From positions 47,229-111,228 of the forward strand of contig SVSB01000002.1 in the NCBI GenBank assembly GCA_015064505.1: a DNA stretch of 64,000 nucleotides, in the 5' to 3' direction. The notes beneath the pieces were generated by a model, which made no database searches, was not told where the DNA came from, and saw nothing but the letters and a program-made list of their open reading frames with translations. Shown in pieces: positions 9,263 through 18,561 of this stretch. The position numbers were made by a program, and so were the translations under genes. Each line of letters opens with the position of its first letter. The stretch's first letter is position 1. Origin of the DNA: Oscillospiraceae bacterium. Lineage in GTDB: Bacteria; Bacillota; Clostridia; Oscillospirales; CAG-272.

Positions 9263-10834
9263 ATGAAGCTTGAATCGATTTTTCAGAACGGAATAGTATT
9301 TCAAAGAAACAAGCCGATCCGTATTTTCGGCACCGGGGAGGGCGTTTGCATTGCAGAGATGTGCGGTGCACGCGCCGTATCCGAGAGAACGAAGGACGGA
9401 TGGCTCGTTACTCTGCCCCCTATGGAGGCAGCAACGGGTCTTACCGTTACCCTTGATCTCAACGGTGAGAAGCGCACCCTTGAGGACGTGGCAGTGGGCG
9501 AGGTGTTCGTCCTCTCCGGTCAGTCCAATATGGAGATGCCCCTTTTCCGCACTCAAAACGCCTTTGACGAAGCAAAAAACGCAGATGACGATCTTATTCG
9601 CTTTTTCACCGTTCCCCGCAGATATTACGAGGGATTTACGGGCAGAAACAGGCATTTTGAGATAGTGGAAGCAAAGAACGGCCCGTGGAAGAAATGCACC
9701 GAGGAAACGGCTCTTCATTTTTCCGCCATTGGTTATTACTTTGCAAAATTCCTGCGCAAGGGTCTTAACGTGCCCGTCGGTATGATCAACTGTAACTGGG
9801 GAGCAAGAGTAATACGCACCTTTATCCCTTACGAGGATTGCGAAAATGAGCCCGCGATGGCAAACGAGGTTGCGGCTTATAAAAAAGCACTTACCTCCAT
9901 GCCCGAGGAGGAATACGAAAAGGCGTTTGCGAATTTCCTCCGCGAGCTTGAAATACAGTGCGATACCACCTCGGAAACCTTTGAGATGGCAAAGAAGTTC
10001 GGTCATCTTTTCGCATACGCATACGATGCCGCCAACGCAAAGATAGCCAAGCCGGTTGCATACGGAAAATTTTCCCCCGACCGCCCCGGCGGTCTGTGGA
10101 GCACTATGGTGCGCCATATCTGCCCGCTCTCCCTTGGCGGAGTGCTGTGGTATCAGGGAGAATCCGATAACCGCACCTCAAATTACTTTGAAAAGTACCG
10201 CACTATGCTTAATTCCTGGCGCCGCGAATTTAACGATCCCGCACTTCCCTTCTTTGCGGTGGAGCTTGCGCCCTTCCGCCGCGAGGGTCGCCTTGCGGAG
10301 CAGGACGATAACGAGGGCTTCAACTCCCTGCGCGAGGCACAGCAAAGATGCGCGGACGAGCTTGAGAACAGCTATCTTGCAACCATTATCGACTGCGGGG
10401 ACGAGTTTGATATCCATCCGCAGGACAAAAAGACCCCTGCCAAAAGATTATGGCTGCTTGCGGCGAAATATCTTTACGGAATGGACGTTGTTGCCGACGC
10501 GCCCAGATACGAAAGCCACCGCTTCCTTGAGGACACGGCGGCAATAGTTAAGGTTAAAAATGCAAAGAAGCTCTATTCTTACGGCATCCGCGGATTCTGG
10601 ATGGCGGGAGAGGACGGCGTGTTCTATCCCTGCAACGCCATCCTTGCGGGAGATACGGAGATACGCATCCGCGCCCCCCGCGTTAAGGCGCCTAAGTACA
10701 TAAGATATTGCTACTACAGCTATCCCCAGACAAGCTATCTTGTAAACGAGGAGGCGCTTCCGCTTATGCCCTTCCGCACGGATAATCTGAAAAACGCCAC
10801 CCACGTAAACGATTTAACGGAGCCTGCAAAGTGA
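9263..10834 (+). CDS. Sialate O-acetylesterase (SASA / SGNH family carbohydrate esterase), 523 aa
   Basis: N-terminal beta-sandwich followed by the VLSGQSNMEMP catalytic-Ser motif typical of NanS / SASA-domain 9-O-acetylesterases. RBS gaggtaa. Confidence 0.75.
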   Translation: MKLESIFQNGIVFQRNKPIRIFGTGEGVCIAEMCGARAVSERTKDGWLVTLPPMEAATGLTVTLDLNGEKRTLEDVAVGEVFVLSGQSNMEMPLFRTQNAFDEAKNADDDLIRFFTVPRRYYEGFTGRNRHFEIVEAKNGPWKKCTEETALHFSAIGYYFAKFLRKGLNVPVGMINCNWGARVIRTFIPYEDCENEPAMANEVAAYKKALTSMPEEEYEKAFANFLRELEIQCDTTSETFEMAKKFGHLFAYAYDAANAKIAKPVAYGKFSPDRPGGLWSTMVRHICPLSLGGVLWYQGESDNRTSNYFEKYRTMLNSWRREFNDPALPFFAVELAPFRREGRLAEQDDNEGFNSLREAQQRCADELENSYLATIIDCGDEFDIHPQDKKTPAKRLWLLAAKYLYGMDVVADAPRYESHRFLEDTAAIVKVKNAKKLYSYGIRGFWMAGEDGVFYPCNAILAGDTEIRIRAPRVKAPKYIRYCYYSYPQTSYLVNEEALPLMPFRTDNLKNATHVNDLTEPAK

Positions 10835-11101
10835 ACCAACGGTTGATTGACAGGGGCAAAAAAATATGCTAAACTGATTTTGACGAACGGAGCGTACGAC
10901 CGTTTGCCTAATTCTGATGAAAGGAGGCAGTAAAATGACGAAGAAAATTAACGGATGCTTTTATCTTGCCTCACAGGTGACCCTTTCCAGGTAGAGAGCT
11001 CTTACAGCCGAATGAGCTCTCGGAAAAGCCCTATGAAGCAGATAAACTCCCGATTTTCGGGTGGGCATCCGCGCCGCGGATGCCCACTTGTCTTTTAAAA
11101 G

Positions 11102-11126
11102 AAGACTTCTGACCCAAAGTCTTTTT
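11102..11126 (+). terminator. Hairpin + T-run (aagacttctgacccaaagtctt tttt) closing a structured leader region
   Basis: Second of two consecutive hairpins (the first is 11061-11087) just upstream of the XRE gene RBS. Confidence 0.5.
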
Positions 11127-11150
11127 ACATATAAGATAAGGAGAGTTGGA

Positions 11151-11360
11151 TTGTTAGACATAGAGGCATTCGGCAAAAGGCTTGCAGAGCTAAGGCGAAA
11201 AGCGAACCTTACCCAGCGCGATATCGCCGAAATATGTAACGTTTCCGCTCAGGCCGTGTCAAAGTGGGAGAGGGGTTGTTGCTGCCCTGACCTGCTGATA
11301 CTTGACGAGGTTGCCTCGGCACTTGGAGTGGAGGTAAAGGATCTGTTCAGTTTTCTGTAA
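11151..11360 (+). CDS. XRE-family helix-turn-helix transcriptional regulator (~69 aa from TTG 11151; the ORF opens at 11061)
   Basis: HTH signature LTQRDIAEICNVSAQAVSKWERG. aaggagag RBS 5-6 nt before in-frame TTG 11151. Upstream of that the ORF overlaps terminator-like hairpins. Confidence 0.6.
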   Translation: MLDIEAFGKRLAELRRKANLTQRDIAEICNVSAQAVSKWERGCCCPDLLILDEVASALGVEVKDLFSFL

Positions 11361-11451
11361 GCTTGCCAAAAAAGCAAAAAAAGGAGGCACCCCCTCCAAA
11401 TATCGAAAAGTCCTTGGATGACCGTACATCATCCAAGGACTTTTTACTTAT

Positions 11452-12774
11452 TTAATCTTCCGTTACGGTTGCGGCTTCCGCAAAGCGCACCTCAACCTCA
11501 TGGCTACGCAGCTCATCAGCCTGCGTTACGGTAATTATCAGATTCCCGTACGTATATGAGTATCCAACCTCGGGAATGTTACCGCATTGCTCTGTAACCC
11601 ATCCGTTTACCGTAGCAGATGCGATCTTTTCATCGCGTTCAAGCTCAAAATAGTCAAAAAATTCGTCAATGGCAGTAGCGGTAAGCACCTTAAAGCTTCC
11701 GTCGGCAAGCTTCTCTATATTGTTTACCGCCTCATCCTGCTCATCCCATATCTCGCCCACGATCTGCTCAAGCACGTCCTCCATGGTAACGAGACCTGCA
11801 GTTGCACCGTATTCGTCCACAACTATAACCATATGATCGTGGTTTTTTTGCATATCCTTAAACAGCACGTCAAGGCTGACGGTCTCCGGCACGTAGGTCG
11901 GCTTGAATATAGCGTCACTTAACTCGCAGGAACCGCTTGCACGCTTAAGAAGATAGTCTCTTACGTGCAAAATACCTATAATGTTATCAACGGTCTCGCT
12001 GTACACGGGTATGCGGGAATAACCGCTGTTTTCAATAAACGAGAGCAACTGCTCCTCCGAGACGTCGTCGGGTATCATCTCTATGGAATTTCGCGGTGTC
12101 ATTACGTCCACCGCATCAAGCCTGTCAAGCTTGAAAACGTTCTTTATGTATTCAATGCCGTCCTGATTGAGAGTACCCTCCTCTGCGCCCGCATCAAGCA
12201 TAAGCACGATATCCTCCTCAGAAACCGTTTCTTCGCTTGCGTGTGGGTCAATACCGAAAAGGCGCAACACACCGTTTGTAGATACGGTAAGGAACCAAAC
12301 GATGGGCTTTAATATAACTGCAAGACCGGAGATAAAGCCGCATACCTTTTCGGCAAACTTTTCCTGATAGCGCATTGCTATGCGTTTTGGAACCAGCTCA
12401 CCGAGAACAAGGGTGAAATAAGAAAGAATGAGAGTAATAACAACGACGGAAGCACTGTCGATAGCCTCCAGATAAGCGGGAGCGATATCAAAAGTCTTTA
12501 CAAGGAAGGCGGTAAGCCTCTCCGCAAAGTTATCTGCGGCAAAAGCAGAACCGAGAAAGCCTGCCAAAGTTATTCCCACTTGAATAGTGGAAAGAAAACC
12601 GGTCGGCTCTTCTATCATTTTTAACATCTTAACCGCCTTTTTATCGCCGTCTTCAGCGCGGGCGCGCACCTTTGTGGCGTTCAGCGAAATAATGGCGATC
12701 TCCGTGGCGGCAAAAAAAGCATTCAGTAAGATCAGTACGAGCTGTAATAACAGCTGTTGTGCAATATCGGGCAT
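11452..12774 (-). CDS. CNNM / HlyC-CorC family transporter (DUF21 + CBS pair + CorC_HlyC), 440 aa
   Basis: GGAGGA RBS 6 nt before ATG 12774 (MPDIAQQ...). N-terminal DUF21 membrane domain, CBS pair, C-terminal CorC-HlyC. Confidence 0.8.
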   Translation of the reverse strand: MPDIAQQLLLQLVLILLNAFFAATEIAIISLNATKVRARAEDGDKKAVKMLKMIEEPTGFLSTIQVGITLAGFLGSAFAADNFAERLTAFLVKTFDIAPAYLEAIDSASVVVITLILSYFTLVLGELVPKRIAMRYQEKFAEKVCGFISGLAVILKPIVWFLTVSTNGVLRLFGIDPHASEETVSEEDIVLMLDAGAEEGTLNQDGIEYIKNVFKLDRLDAVDVMTPRNSIEMIPDDVSEEQLLSFIENSGYSRIPVYSETVDNIIGILHVRDYLLKRASGSCELSDAIFKPTYVPETVSLDVLFKDMQKNHDHMVIVVDEYGATAGLVTMEDVLEQIVGEIWDEQDEAVNNIEKLADGSFKVLTATAIDEFFDYFELERDEKIASATVNGWVTEQCGNIPEVGYSYTYGNLIITVTQADELRSHEVEVRFAEAATVTED

Positions 12775-13165
12775 AATATCCTCCAAAATTCAGTATGTTT
12801 TTTTCAAAGCTCAGCTCAGCGACGGAATCGAAACCGTCTGAAAAAAACATGCCTGCAAGCAAAGGGGACGTCTGCCTCGCTAACCTTCATGGGGCGCAAA
12901 GCTCCATAGCTCTTGTTTTTTATTCCATTCGCAAAAATACTTCGGGGAATACTGTCCATTAAAAAACCAACTCCTTGTAATTAAATTACTATACAATACC
13001 CCATTGTATAACGTTAATATTTTATCAAACCGTGACGGCTTTGTCAAGTGTGCGCTTAATTACCAAGCAAAATCCCCATAAAAAGAAAATCGCCCCAAAG
13101 AAGCCCGACTCACTTCCGCAAGTCGGATACTCCCGGGGCGATCAAATAATATTAAAGCGATGGGT

Positions 13166-14383
13166 TTAGAAATCAACCTCGGTATCGTAGTAGCAGCACT
13201 TAAGAAGCTTTTCCATTTCCTCTACAGAGATAGCTCTGGGGTTGGAGCCGGTGCAAGCATCCGCAACTGCGTTCTTTGCGATCTCGGGAAGTCTTTCAAG
13301 GAATACCTTCTCGGGTACGAAGCCGTTCTCGCAGGGATAGCTGTCAGCGCCGTAGTTCTTGATGCACTGAGGAATATTAAGAGCGTCGTTCATACCGCGG
13401 AGGAACTTAATAAGGCTTGCAACCTTCTCGTCGTCGTTTGCACCCTCAAGACCCATAAAGTCAGCGATCTCGCCGTAGCGCTTCTTTGCGGTCTCGTTCT
13501 TTGCGTTGAAGGCGATAACCTTGGGAAGGTACATTGCGTTAGCCGCGCCGTGGATAATGTGAGCGCCAAAGTCCTCGAAGATAGCGCCGGTCTTGTGAGC
13601 CATGGAGTGAACGATGCCGAGGAGAGCGTTGGAGAACGCCATACCTGCAAGGCACTGTGCGTTGTGCATGGAAGCACGCTTGGTCATATCGCCGTTGTAG
13701 GAGTCAACAAGGTCGTTCTGGATCATCTTTATTGCAAAGATAGCCATAGGATCGGTAAACTCGCAGTTAGCGGTGGAAACGTACGCCTCAACCGCGTGGG
13801 TCATAGCGTCCATACCCGTGTGAGCAACCAGCTTTTTGGGCATGGTTTCTGCAAGGTCGGGATCAACAATTGCAACGTCGGGAGTGATCTCGAAGTCAGC
13901 AAGAGGATACTTGATGCCCTTATCGTAGTCGGTGATAACGGAGAATGCGGTAACCTCGGTAGCAGTACCGGAGGTGGAAGGAATAGCGCAGAAGCGAGCC
14001 TTCTTACGAAGCTCGGGAATACCGAATACTACGCACATCTGCTCGAAGGTGATCTCGGGATACTCGTACTTGATCCACATTGCCTTTGCTGCGTCTATGG
14101 GAGATCCGCCGCCGATGGCAACGATCCAGTCGGGCTCGAACTTTGCCATAGCCTCTGCACCGCGCATAACGGTATCAACGGAAGGATCGGGCTCAATACC
14201 CTCAAAGAGCTCAACCTCCATGCCTGCCTCGTTCAGGTAAGCAACTACCTTATCAAGGAAGCCGAAGCGCTTCATAGAGCCGCCGCCAACGCAAACCATT
14301 GCGCGCTTGCCCTTAAGATTCTTCAGCGCCTCAAGAGCGCCCTTGCCGTGGTACAGATCGCGGGGAAGTGTAAAACGTGCCAT
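13166..14383 (-). CDS. Iron-containing (group III) alcohol dehydrogenase (FucO / butanol dehydrogenase-like), 405 aa
   Basis: GGGS / metal-binding His motifs (AIGGGSPIDAAK, HxxxH). aggaga RBS. Hairpin terminator downstream (13100-13130, minus strand). Confidence 0.8.
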   Translation of the reverse strand: MARFTLPRDLYHGKGALEALKNLKGKRAMVCVGGGSMKRFGFLDKVVAYLNEAGMEVELFEGIEPDPSVDTVMRGAEAMAKFEPDWIVAIGGGSPIDAAKAMWIKYEYPEITFEQMCVVFGIPELRKKARFCAIPSTSGTATEVTAFSVITDYDKGIKYPLADFEITPDVAIVDPDLAETMPKKLVAHTGMDAMTHAVEAYVSTANCEFTDPMAIFAIKMIQNDLVDSYNGDMTKRASMHNAQCLAGMAFSNALLGIVHSMAHKTGAIFEDFGAHIIHGAANAMYLPKVIAFNAKNETAKKRYGEIADFMGLEGANDDEKVASLIKFLRGMNDALNIPQCIKNYGADSYPCENGFVPEKVFLERLPEIAKNAVADACTGSNPRAISVEEMEKLLKCCYYDTEVDF

Positions 14384-14503
14384 TTTTCTTTTCTCCTGTT
14401 TATGTAAATATTTTAATATCTGTTTGTTAAAATATTAACATACTTCTCCGTTTATGTAAACCCCTAATCCATACACCGATTACCGATATTTAAACCTGTT
14501 ATT

Positions 14504-15820
14504 TTATACCTCTATTTTGTACTTGTTGTAAAGCTCCTTGCCAAGCTTGATCTTTCTCTCGGTCTCCTTGCCGTTTGCTTCCACAATCATGGTGTAATCT
14601 CCGTAAAAGCCCTTAAAAAGCGCAAAGCCTTCGCCGTCGGTACTTACCTCCGCTTCAGTATGCCACTCCTTTTCAAAAAGCTCCTTGAAGGTATAATAAG
14701 AAGGCTTAGGCGTCATATCAAAGCGAATGAGTCCACCGTAATAAACGTTCTCTCCCTTTTCCATATCGCCGGGCTTTGCTCCGTGAGCATAGCCGTCCAC
14801 GGGATTCCAATAGATGATCTGCTCCACGTTCGGGTGAGCAAACCATATCCTGCATACATTTCTGAGAAGCTCCGCCTGCAGCTGCTCGTTTTGCTCATCC
14901 TCCGAATATGCGGGAACGGTGACCTCCGAGATCTGCAAGGGCAGACCCAGCCTTCCGTAAAGATCCATAGTATCCCAAAGATTTTTGGGATCATAGTATT
15001 TTTCCGTTGCCTTAAGGGCGTTTTCCTCCTTGAAGAACATATGATAATGCAGACCCACGGCGTCTATCCTTGCGCCGCTTTGGATGGCACTTCTGATCAT
15101 ATCGTAATAACCGCGCCTTATCTTTTCATCCACCCAAACAACACCCCACTCGTTGATTGCAAGCTCGTTGTGGGGGAAATACTTTTCTGCGGTCTTGAAG
15201 CACCACTCAACGAAGGTGGGATCCTGATAAAACTTGAAATACCTTCTGCCCCAATACATCTCATTGGTGACCTCAATGCAGTTTATACGGTCCGCGTAAC
15301 GCTCGGCAATTTCCTTGCAGCGTTTTTCAAACTGTTTTTTTACTTCCTTTTCGGATGCGTTCTGTAGCCATTTGGGGAAAAAGTGCGGATATGCAAGTCC
15401 GTGTTCTCTCGGCTCAATACCGTTTTCCTCGCAAAACTCCATACAAAGATCAATAGCGGGACGGCGGTACATCCTTGGGGAATCCTTTGCATATCTGGTC
15501 TTTCCCTCCTCCGGCTCCGTTGCATTCCAATAGAAAGGGAGCGTCGCCATATTGGAGATCCCTTTTACGTACTCTTTGTAAAGGCCGTTCTTCTCTTCGG
15601 TCTCAAGCTCGTCCAGCATAAATAGGTTACAACCGTATTTAAATTCGTGGCTCTGCTGAGAAAGGGTTATTTTTGCATCGGGAACGGGGTTTCCCTCTCC
15701 GTCCACAACGGTGATCTCGCCCCAACCCTTGCGGTACTGCTCTATTCCGAGAGCGACCCTGTCCTCGGTATATGCTTCGTACTTTCTGAAATTCTTCAAA
15801 AAATCCTGCTCGTAATACAT
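14504..15820 (-). CDS. Glycoside hydrolase family 10 (endo-1,4-beta-xylanase-like), cytoplasmic, 438 aa
   Basis: GH10-like blocks: FYWNATEPEEGKTRY, INEWGVVW (acid/base region), QISEVTV (nucleophile region). aaggagg RBS. No signal peptide. Confidence 0.6.
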   Translation of the reverse strand: MYYEQDFLKNFRKYEAYTEDRVALGIEQYRKGWGEITVVDGEGNPVPDAKITLSQQSHEFKYGCNLFMLDELETEEKNGLYKEYVKGISNMATLPFYWNATEPEEGKTRYAKDSPRMYRRPAIDLCMEFCEENGIEPREHGLAYPHFFPKWLQNASEKEVKKQFEKRCKEIAERYADRINCIEVTNEMYWGRRYFKFYQDPTFVEWCFKTAEKYFPHNELAINEWGVVWVDEKIRRGYYDMIRSAIQSGARIDAVGLHYHMFFKEENALKATEKYYDPKNLWDTMDLYGRLGLPLQISEVTVPAYSEDEQNEQLQAELLRNVCRIWFAHPNVEQIIYWNPVDGYAHGAKPGDMEKGENVYYGGLIRFDMTPKPSYYTFKELFEKEWHTEAEVSTDGEGFALFKGFYGDYTMIVEANGKETERKIKLGKELYNKYKIEV

Positions 15821-15966
15821 TTTTCCTCCTTAGCGCCCAATGCTTCAAGGTGCTTTTTTATCAGTATATCACGTACTCCGCCGTATTCAAACCCGAAAAA
15901 CGGTACTGCAAGTTGACTTTTCGAAACAGTTTTGATATTATATCCATAATAGCGGGAGGTGATTTC

Positions 15967-16713
15967 GTGATTTTCGAAACAGACGGGCTAAACGTTGAAA
16001 TAATCAGCTTTACGGTGCTGAATCAGGAAAACGTCGTAAGGCACAACGCGGGAAGAAGCTTTGACGCGCTCTCCTTCCGTTTTCATTCCGATGCAGAGCT
16101 TGTAACCGAAAAGAGCTCCCACATCGTGAAGGACGGTCATCTGTGCTTCGTACCCGCAAGCGTAGGCTACGACAGAATAGCAAAAAAGGACGAGCTTATA
16201 GCCATAAACTGCCGCATAAAAGGCTACCAAGCACAAGATATAGAATGCTTTTTACCCACAAATGCAGATAAGGTTGGAAATCTGTTCAAAAAAGCCTTTG
16301 AATGCTGGACAAAACGGGAGCCGGGATATTATTACGGATGCATTGCGTATTTTTATCAAATTTTGGCGGAATGCCGTAAGCAGAGCTCCGTCGCACTGCC
16401 CGACGACTCAAAAATACGGGAATCCGTGCGTTATATAAGCTCCCATTTTACGGATCCGAAGCTTTCCCTTGGAAATATAGCCTCAAAATCCTTTATGAGC
16501 GAGGTCTACTTCAGAAAGCTGTTCAAAACAGAATTCGGTGTATCCCCGCAAAAGTACGTAATTAAGCTGCGCATCCAAAAAGCCATGGAGCTTATGGAAA
16601 CGGGGGATTACTCGCTGAAGGAGATCGCACTTATGACAGGCTACGGGGATTACAAGTACTTTTCTTCCGAATTCAAGCGCATAACGGGCGTCTCACCTTC
16701 CGAATACCGATAA
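15967..16713 (+). CDS. AraC-family transcriptional regulator (249 aa from GTG 15967; the ORF opens at 15850), divergent from the GH10 gene
   Basis: C-terminal double HTH (…KYVIKLRIQKAMELM…GYGDYKYFSSEFKRITGVSPSEY). gggagg RBS 7 nt before in-frame GTG 15967. Confidence 0.7.
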   Translation: MIFETDGLNVEIISFTVLNQENVVRHNAGRSFDALSFRFHSDAELVTEKSSHIVKDGHLCFVPASVGYDRIAKKDELIAINCRIKGYQAQDIECFLPTNADKVGNLFKKAFECWTKREPGYYYGCIAYFYQILAECRKQSSVALPDDSKIRESVRYISSHFTDPKLSLGNIASKSFMSEVYFRKLFKTEFGVSPQKYVIKLRIQKAMELMETGDYSLKEIALMTGYGDYKYFSSEFKRITGVSPSEYR

Positions 16714-17013
16714 AAAACTATTTACCGCTTACCGCCGTTTTTTATACCTGTCAGCAAAAAGGTATTTACTTTTTCCTTTGCTTTGATTAAACTATACGTG
16801 TAAGCAAAGAAAAGGAGAATTTACCGTGAGACCGATAAGAAACACCGCATTTGAATCGACCGAAGCGAGAACACTTCGCACAAGAGTTAAAGCAAAGGGA
16901 ACGGAAAGAACTTACCAAAACATATCGGACGAGATCAACGACCGCAAGGATAGGATTGATTATTCTTTGCGGACGCTATGAAAACGATCACACCGAAGGA
17001 AAGGAGGCAACAC

Positions 17014-17463
17014 TTGAAGCTGAGAACGGAATTTATTTCCGAGGGCGAGGAGGAAGAAATAATCCTGCGCCTTAAGGAAAAAAACGACCGCACGGACGGA
17101 ATATACCGCCGTATTTCCGAAATGCTCAACGACAGACGCCTTTGCCTTACCTTAAACGGCAACGAGCATTTCATTTCCCAAAGCGAGATACTTTTCTTTG
17201 AAACCGAAGAAAACCGCATAGCCGCTCACACCGCAAGCGGAATGTATTACACCCACAAAAAGCTCTACGAGCTTGAAAGAATGCTTCCCGCCACCTTTAT
17301 CCGCGTTTCCAAATCCTGCATACTGAACGTTTCCCGCATCGGATACGTCAACCGTAATCTGACGGGAGCAAGCGAGGTGGGCTTTGACGGCACCCGGAAA
17401 AAGGTGTTCGTATCCCGCATTTATTTTAAGATACTTAAAGACAGACTGAAAGAAATGAGGTAA
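17014..17463 (+). CDS. Stand-alone LytTR-family DNA-binding protein (149 aa from TTG 17014; the ORF opens at ATG 16978)
   Basis: LytTR signature TFIRVSKSCILNVSRIGYV. AAGGAGG at 17001-17007, 6 nt before in-frame TTG. Confidence 0.7.
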   Translation: MKLRTEFISEGEEEEIILRLKEKNDRTDGIYRRISEMLNDRRLCLTLNGNEHFISQSEILFFETEENRIAAHTASGMYYTHKKLYELERMLPATFIRVSKSCILNVSRIGYVNRNLTGASEVGFDGTRKKVFVSRIYFKILKDRLKEMR

Positions 17464-17467
17464 TAAA

Positions 17468-18160
17468 ATGAAAAGATTGAGTGCAAGCAAGCTCTTTTGG
17501 GGCGTTATACTTATTCTTGCGGCAGTAATTTTGGTGCTGGACGCCGTAGGTGCGGAGCTTGGATTCCTAAACGGCATTCCCGTATTCAGAAGCATAATCG
17601 TTCTGCTGCTTCTCAGCGCTGCCGTGGAGCAGCTCGTTAAGCGCGAATTCGGCGGATTCTTCTTTGCTCTTGCCTTTGCGTTCATAATTTACGAAAAGCA
17701 GATCGCCACCTGGCTCTCCCTTGAGGATACCAACATAATCTCCGATTGGACCGTTCTGCTGGTAGCCCTGCTGCTTTCCATCGGCTTTTCGCTTCTCTTT
17801 AAAAAAAGGACCTTCACCTTCACCTATAACGGAAACAAATCAAAGCACAAGGTTGCGGGAAGCTACGTGACCAATATAGATTGCTCGGTATTCGACGAAA
17901 TGACCGTAAACAACGAGCTTGGCTCCTGTGAGGTACATTTTTCCAACGTGGACGGCTACACGGGCAACGGCGTGCTCCACGTTAATAACGAGCTTGGCGC
18001 TATGAAGATATACGTGCCCGCCGATTGGACCGTAACGAACCGAATCGAAAACGAGCTTGGCTCCGTAAAGATCTCTGGAAGCTTTAATAGCGGCGGCAAG
18101 ACCCTTATCATCGACGGTACAAACGAGCTCGGCTCCGTGGAGATCGTTTGCGTTCAATAA
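17468..18160 (+). CDS. Membrane protein with 4 TM helices and a C-terminal repeat domain (4x NELGS motif; LiaF / DUF4097-like), 230 aa; putative LytTR partner
   Basis: gaggtaa RBS, start 4 nt after the LytTR stop. Hydrophobic N-terminal half. C-terminal half has a ~28-aa periodic NELGS/NELGA repeat. Confidence 0.65.
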   Translation: MKRLSASKLFWGVILILAAVILVLDAVGAELGFLNGIPVFRSIIVLLLLSAAVEQLVKREFGGFFFALAFAFIIYEKQIATWLSLEDTNIISDWTVLLVALLLSIGFSLLFKKRTFTFTYNGNKSKHKVAGSYVTNIDCSVFDEMTVNNELGSCEVHFSNVDGYTGNGVLHVNNELGAMKIYVPADWTVTNRIENELGSVKISGSFNSGGKTLIIDGTNELGSVEIVCVQ

Positions 18161-18162
18161 AA

Positions 18163-18204
18163 AGCTCCGTATAGCGCATTTTCCGCGCTATACGGAACTT
18201 TTTT
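18163..18204 (+). terminator. Rho-independent terminator (gctccgtatagcgc..gcgctatacggaac + T6)
   Basis: Perfect 13-bp stem after the stop codon at 18160. Confidence 0.85.
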
Positions 18205-18242
18205 ACTCTTTTTGCCGTCTAAAGGAAAAAGGAGGCAGTAAA

Positions 18243-18449
18243 ATGAAGAACGTTTTCTTAAAGCTTGCCGCGATACTGCTTATTTGTGTAATTTCGCTTT
18301 CCTTTGGTGCCTGCACCGACGGCACCAACGAAGAACAAACGGACGAGGTGACCACAGAGCAGCTTCCCGAAACCGAGTACACCCCCGGCACCGCCTACTA
18401 TCCCCCGGGCAAGGAGCCCGTTGAAAGACCGCATCCCAAGACGAATTAA
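18243..18449 (+). CDS. Small secreted lipoprotein (68 aa), acidic Thr/Glu/Pro-rich
   Basis: Very strong RBS (aaaaaggaggcagtaaa ATG). Signal peptide + lipobox (SFGACTDG). Bidirectional hairpin 18515-18560 downstream. Confidence 0.6.
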   Translation: MKNVFLKLAAILLICVISLSFGACTDGTNEEQTDEVTTEQLPETEYTPGTAYYPPGKEPVERPHPKTN

Positions 18450-18561
18450 TTCCGTTCAACGTCTATTACCTAAAAACCGTTTTTAGGTCTCACCGATAAA
18501 GCTTTGTACGGTCTGAAAACGCTCAAATGACCTGTGTTTATGCAGGTCCTTTGAGCGTTTC

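Noticed and set aside
7997-10117. 706-aa ORF on the minus strand.
   Set aside because: It is antisense to two well-supported plus-strand genes (Asp-box protein 8102-9211 and sialate O-acetylesterase 9263-10834). It has no RBS or motifs. It is typical of open antisense frames in GC-rich coding DNA.
13160-14407. 415-aa plus-strand ORF.
   Set aside because: It is antisense to the iron-containing alcohol dehydrogenase, which has conserved motifs and a good RBS.
16851-17075. 74-aa plus-strand ORF overlapping the LytTR gene start.
   Set aside because: It has no RBS, is in a different frame from the well-supported LytTR CDS, and is Arg-rich nonsense.
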